DNA of 64,000 nucleotides from Thecamonas trahens ATCC 50062 (lineage: Eukaryota > Protista > Apusomonadida), in NCBI RefSeq assembly GCF_000142905.1, contig NW_013657649.1:248001-312000 (forward strand), given 5' to 3'. The notes under the pieces are model-generated. The model ran no database searches. It saw only the letters and a list, made by a program, of their open reading frames with translations, and had not been told where the DNA came from. Position 1 is the first letter of the stretch, and every line of letters begins with the position of its first letter. The translations under genes and the position numbers were made by a program. This document shows, one piece after another, positions 62,497 to 64,000 of this stretch.

Positions 62497-64000
62497 CTAC
62501 TCGTACTGCATCTCAAACTCCATAACGTCCTTCTTGGTGACAACGCCAACAAGCTCGCCACGGGTCACCACCCACATGTGGGAGATGACAGCCATCTTGA
62601 ACAAAAAGTCGACCCGCTCCAACGGCGTCTGTGGCACAATCTGGAACGGCGCCTCGTCGACAGCGAGCACGTCAGCTAGATCGCCGGCAAGAGTGAGGCC
62701 CTCCAGGTACCGGAACAGCTCCGGGGAGAGGTGCGGAATGAGCCGAGCGAGATAGCTCGACATGGCCGGTGACGACAGCGCCGGAGGCCCGGTGCGTGAC
62801 CAGACCTGCAGCTTGGCGAGGAGCGCGGCTCGGAGCGGCGAGACGGGTTCGGTGGTGGTAATCGACGCGACCGAGAGCAGGAGCGGTGAGGTCGCGTTCA
62901 CCTGTGGCGAATTGACCTCGATCCACGACTCACGCCGCGCCACGTACGCCATGATCCGCGCCTCGAGCTCGAGCTCCAGCGAGGTCCTGGTCACCGTTCC
63001 GAGAAACGTTTTGTTGGAGGCCGAGTCGACCAGCGGGTACGAGGTGTAGTCGTTGTCGTACAGCGAGTTGAGCACGTCGAGGTACGAAGCGTCGACGGTG
63101 AGGTAGATGAGGTCGGTGCGCATAATGGTCGAGGCTCGGACGGCGTAAGCGTCCTCGTCAACTTGCGACGGCATGCAAGGGATGCCTTTCATGGTGTGCA
63201 TGACGTCGTAGATCGAGACCGTGAACAGGTTTCCGACCGTGTACGCGAGCGTGACCGCGAGAAAGACAGGAACCAGGTGGTGGGTCTGGCCGGTGAGCTC
63301 GATGGCGATAATGGCGGTCGAAATCGACCGCGTCACTCCGCACGTCAGCGCGCCGGCGCCGACAATGGCGTAGCCGGCGGGGTGCAGGTCGAGCCGCGGC
63401 CAGGCCTGCGCCATGATCTCGCCGACCAGCCGGCCAAGGGCGGCGCCCATGGCAAAGACCGGGGTAAACGTTCCGCTCGGAATCGGGAGCACGATAGCGA
63501 CAACCGTGAGAAAAACTTGACCGGGACAAAGACCGCGAGGTCCAGCAGCGACGATGCGAGCTTGTTGTCACTGCTCGCGTGGTCCGACGCCGGCGAGACA
63601 AGCTGATTGATGGTCACCTGCTCGGTCCCGACAAAATACTGGTTGATCGGGTACGAAATGACGGCAGTGAGGAGGGCAACGCCGACCACAAGCCGGTACG
63701 GGTGGGCAGCGAGAGCCGGCGTCGTCGCCCGCAGCCGCACCAGCTTGCCGGCGACATACACAAAAAGGGCGCCGATGACCCCAGCCACTATGCCGATGAG
63801 GGTAAAGCCGACAAACTCAATCCACGAGTACGGAATCGGCTTGGCCTCGGTGCTAAACAAGTTGAGGTTGGGGTAGACGTCGAGGACCGGAATGTTGCCG
63901 AGGCTCCACACAAAGAACACGCCTGTGACCGACGAGATGAACGCCCACGGCAAGAGGCTCACCCGGTAGTAGTCCGAAGTCACTTCGACCGAGAACAGCA
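62497..64000 (-). CDS. CLC chloride channel/transporter with CBS domains (5' partial, frameshift at ~63513)
   Basis: 'LPIPSGTFTPVFAMGAALGRLVGE', 'YAIVGAGA', 'ISTAII.IELTGQ', 'SIYD' and two CBS domains; ORFs join at an A5 run (+ strand). Confidence 0.92.

Overview
GC-rich, gene-dense, intron-poor eukaryotic (protist) genomic DNA from a draft assembly with five N gaps. Style and gene content suggest an apusomonad such as Thecamonas (inference only). About 24 protein-coding genes are packed almost end to end: a 5'-partial IPT/TIG protein, PRIM2, a kinesin, a PX-domain SGK kinase, a PH protein, an FG-GAP/beta-helix multipass receptor-like protein, PCCB, an MT-A70 methyltransferase with three ZZ fingers (AMT1-type candidate), a bacterial-type soluble transhydrogenase (sthA), a DHHC acyltransferase, a multi-SIM protein, a longin/TM protein, a giant Ig-like/STRA6-like membrane protein, NIPBL/SCC2 with a PHD finger, an F-box/ankyrin protein, a 4-TM NZF protein, an S1 protease, a minimal cortactin, a RADX-like OB-fold protein, UBE2T, a TBC RabGAP, an RCC1-repeat protein, TTLL1 and a partial CLC channel. 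I resolved several GT-AG introns by hand, including a 16-nt micro-exon and an ATG-only coding exon. Six single-base frameshifts lie at homopolymers and are probably sequencing errors. No rRNA, tRNA, CRISPR array or transposon was recognised. The highlights are protist versions of proteins mostly studied in animals (RADX, STRA6-like fused to a large Ig-like ectodomain, mini-cortactin, a SIMC1-like architecture), a ZZ-fused N6-adenine methyltransferase, and an intron-containing bacterial-type sthA. All homology calls rest on motif recognition, not database searches.
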